Assembly: GCA_003345555.1 (NCBI GenBank)
Contig: PRDJ01000031.1
Span: forward strand, 1 to 15,555
DNA length: 15,555 bases
Origin: Candidatus Thorarchaeota archaeon
GTDB lineage: Archaea > Asgardarchaeota > Thorarchaeia > Thorarchaeales > Thorarchaeaceae
Direction: 5' to 3'
Part shown: positions 15,438-15,555 of the stretch, one piece after another
Layout: each line of letters starts with the position of its first letter
How positions within the stretch are numbered: position 1 is the stretch's first letter
Notes under the pieces: generated by a model
The model's input: only the letters and a program-made list of their open reading frames with translations
Told to the model about the DNA's origin: nothing
Databases searched by the model: none
Program-made: the position numbers and the translations under genes

Positions 15438-15555
15438 ACGCAATTCCTCCCACGACGGACTGTTCAGGTGCTCATGATTCGACTCAGAAGTTTCTCTCCA
15501 CCAAGAAGTTCGAAAGGCTAATCAGGAATGCTTTGTACCTCGGCGTCAGCGGTGG

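Noticed and set aside
15434-15555. Possible partial gene at the right edge: a plus-strand frame from GTG 15434 (GTGA overlap), or a minus-strand 3' end PPLTPRYKAFLISLSNFLVERNF* stopping at 15484-15486
   Set aside because: Both frames are open but too short to identify or choose between without flanking sequence.
1-15555. CRISPR arrays, IS elements, tRNA/rRNA genes, long tandem repeats
   Set aside because: None seen on reading. Nearly all sequence is accounted for by protein-coding genes and short spacers; no covariance-model scan was run.

Overview
Archaeal chromosomal window with no mobile element, CRISPR array, tRNA or rRNA that I could detect. An archaeosine tRNA-guanine transglycosylase, MtrA/MtrH genes, GGAGG/GGTGA ribosome-binding sites and N-glycosylated surface proteins all point to an archaeon; an Asgard (Thorarchaeia-like) or similar non-methanogen host is only my inference. 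The left third is a tightly packed minus-strand one-carbon operon: metV - metF - mtrH-like(2) - anchorless mtrA - mtrH-like(1) - methanogenesis marker protein 14. The last gene is missing from the ORF track and runs off the left edge. This operon is the most interesting element. It looks like a soluble methyl-transfer module with two different pterin methyltransferases around one cobamide carrier, plus a folate-type methylene reductase and an ASKHA (DdrA-like) putative cobamide reactivase. It may shuttle methyl groups between H4folate and H4MPT. The middle holds hflX and a divergent archaeal tgtA. The right holds an FbpABC/AfuABC-type ABC importer, a divergent membrane-anchored surface glycoprotein, a hairpin+T7 terminator and an orphan with a possible winged helix. 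Family assignments come from motif recognition by eye, without database searches.
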